DNA of 64,000 bases from Antechinus flavipes (Eukaryota), in the NCBI RefSeq assembly GCF_016432865.1, contig NC_067403.1, positions 245,396,001 through 245,460,000 of the forward strand, read 5' to 3'. Each line of letters opens with the position of its first letter. The first letter of the stretch is position 1. Of the stretch, positions 63,601 through 64,000 are shown piece after piece. A program made the position numbers and the translations under genes. Below the pieces are notes generated by a model. The model saw only the letters and a program-made list of their open reading frames with translations. It ran no database searches and was not told the origin of the DNA.

Positions 63601-64000
63601 AGGAATGTGCTAAAATTTCAATTTTGTAAAAAATATTTTTTCTGTTTGTCAGTATAGTTCTTAAAACATTGCATCTAGAAATGAAGCAAACAAGGTTTGA
63701 TCAAGGCAGAGGAGAGTGTGACTTTCTTATAATTCATTGGTAACATTATGTTCTACTTAGTGTAATATTTTATATACTTTTGGAAGGATTCACCTAACTA
63801 CTATGAACTGATATTAGATATGAATTTAAAGTCCTCACATGGTTTCCTCCATGGTAAATCCCATGATAAATTGTAACTGATTTTCTCTGTAGAAAAAATA
63901 TTTGTCAATCAATTGGTCAATTAAAATGTTTTAAGAGCTTGCTATGAGTCAAAATATTTGCTAATGATTGGGAATACTAAAAAATCAAAGGGAAAAGACA

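Noticed and set aside
1795-64000. Remaining 60-140 aa ORFs in the track
   Set aside because: Low-complexity (microsatellite, poly-T) or repeat-derived, with no protein-family motifs.

Overview
AT-rich, CpG-poor marsupial genomic DNA. A young WSINE1-type SINE, MAR1-type CORE-SINEs, RTE and marsupial-type L1 point to an Australian marsupial, possibly a dasyurid (inference). The window is part of a class II olfactory receptor (OR) cluster with five intact single-coding-exon OR ORFs: OR10AG1-like (801-1724 +), OR5J2-like (15743-16681 +), a divergent family-5 OR (27240-28178 +), OR8I2-like (40202-41137 +) and an OR5T-subfamily gene (46580-47548 -). From memory, this resembles the human chr11q11-q12 OR5/8/10 cluster. 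The intergenic DNA consists of retroelement debris (an internally deleted L1, L1 fragments, L2, CR1/L3, RTE, MIR/MAR1/WSINE1 SINEs, several solo-LTR candidates), microsatellites and two assembly gaps. I see no clear evidence of a wholly new biological system. The best second-look candidates are a ~140-bp homeodomain-site-rich inverted repeat (10404-10543), several Lhx2/Ebf-type motif clusters including one with no gene in the window (58.4-58.6 kb), upstream-AUG elements on two ORs, a motif-degenerate but open OR, and a possible very old OR relic near 60 kb. All family assignments and counts were made by eye; repeat boundaries are approximate unless a TSD is quoted.
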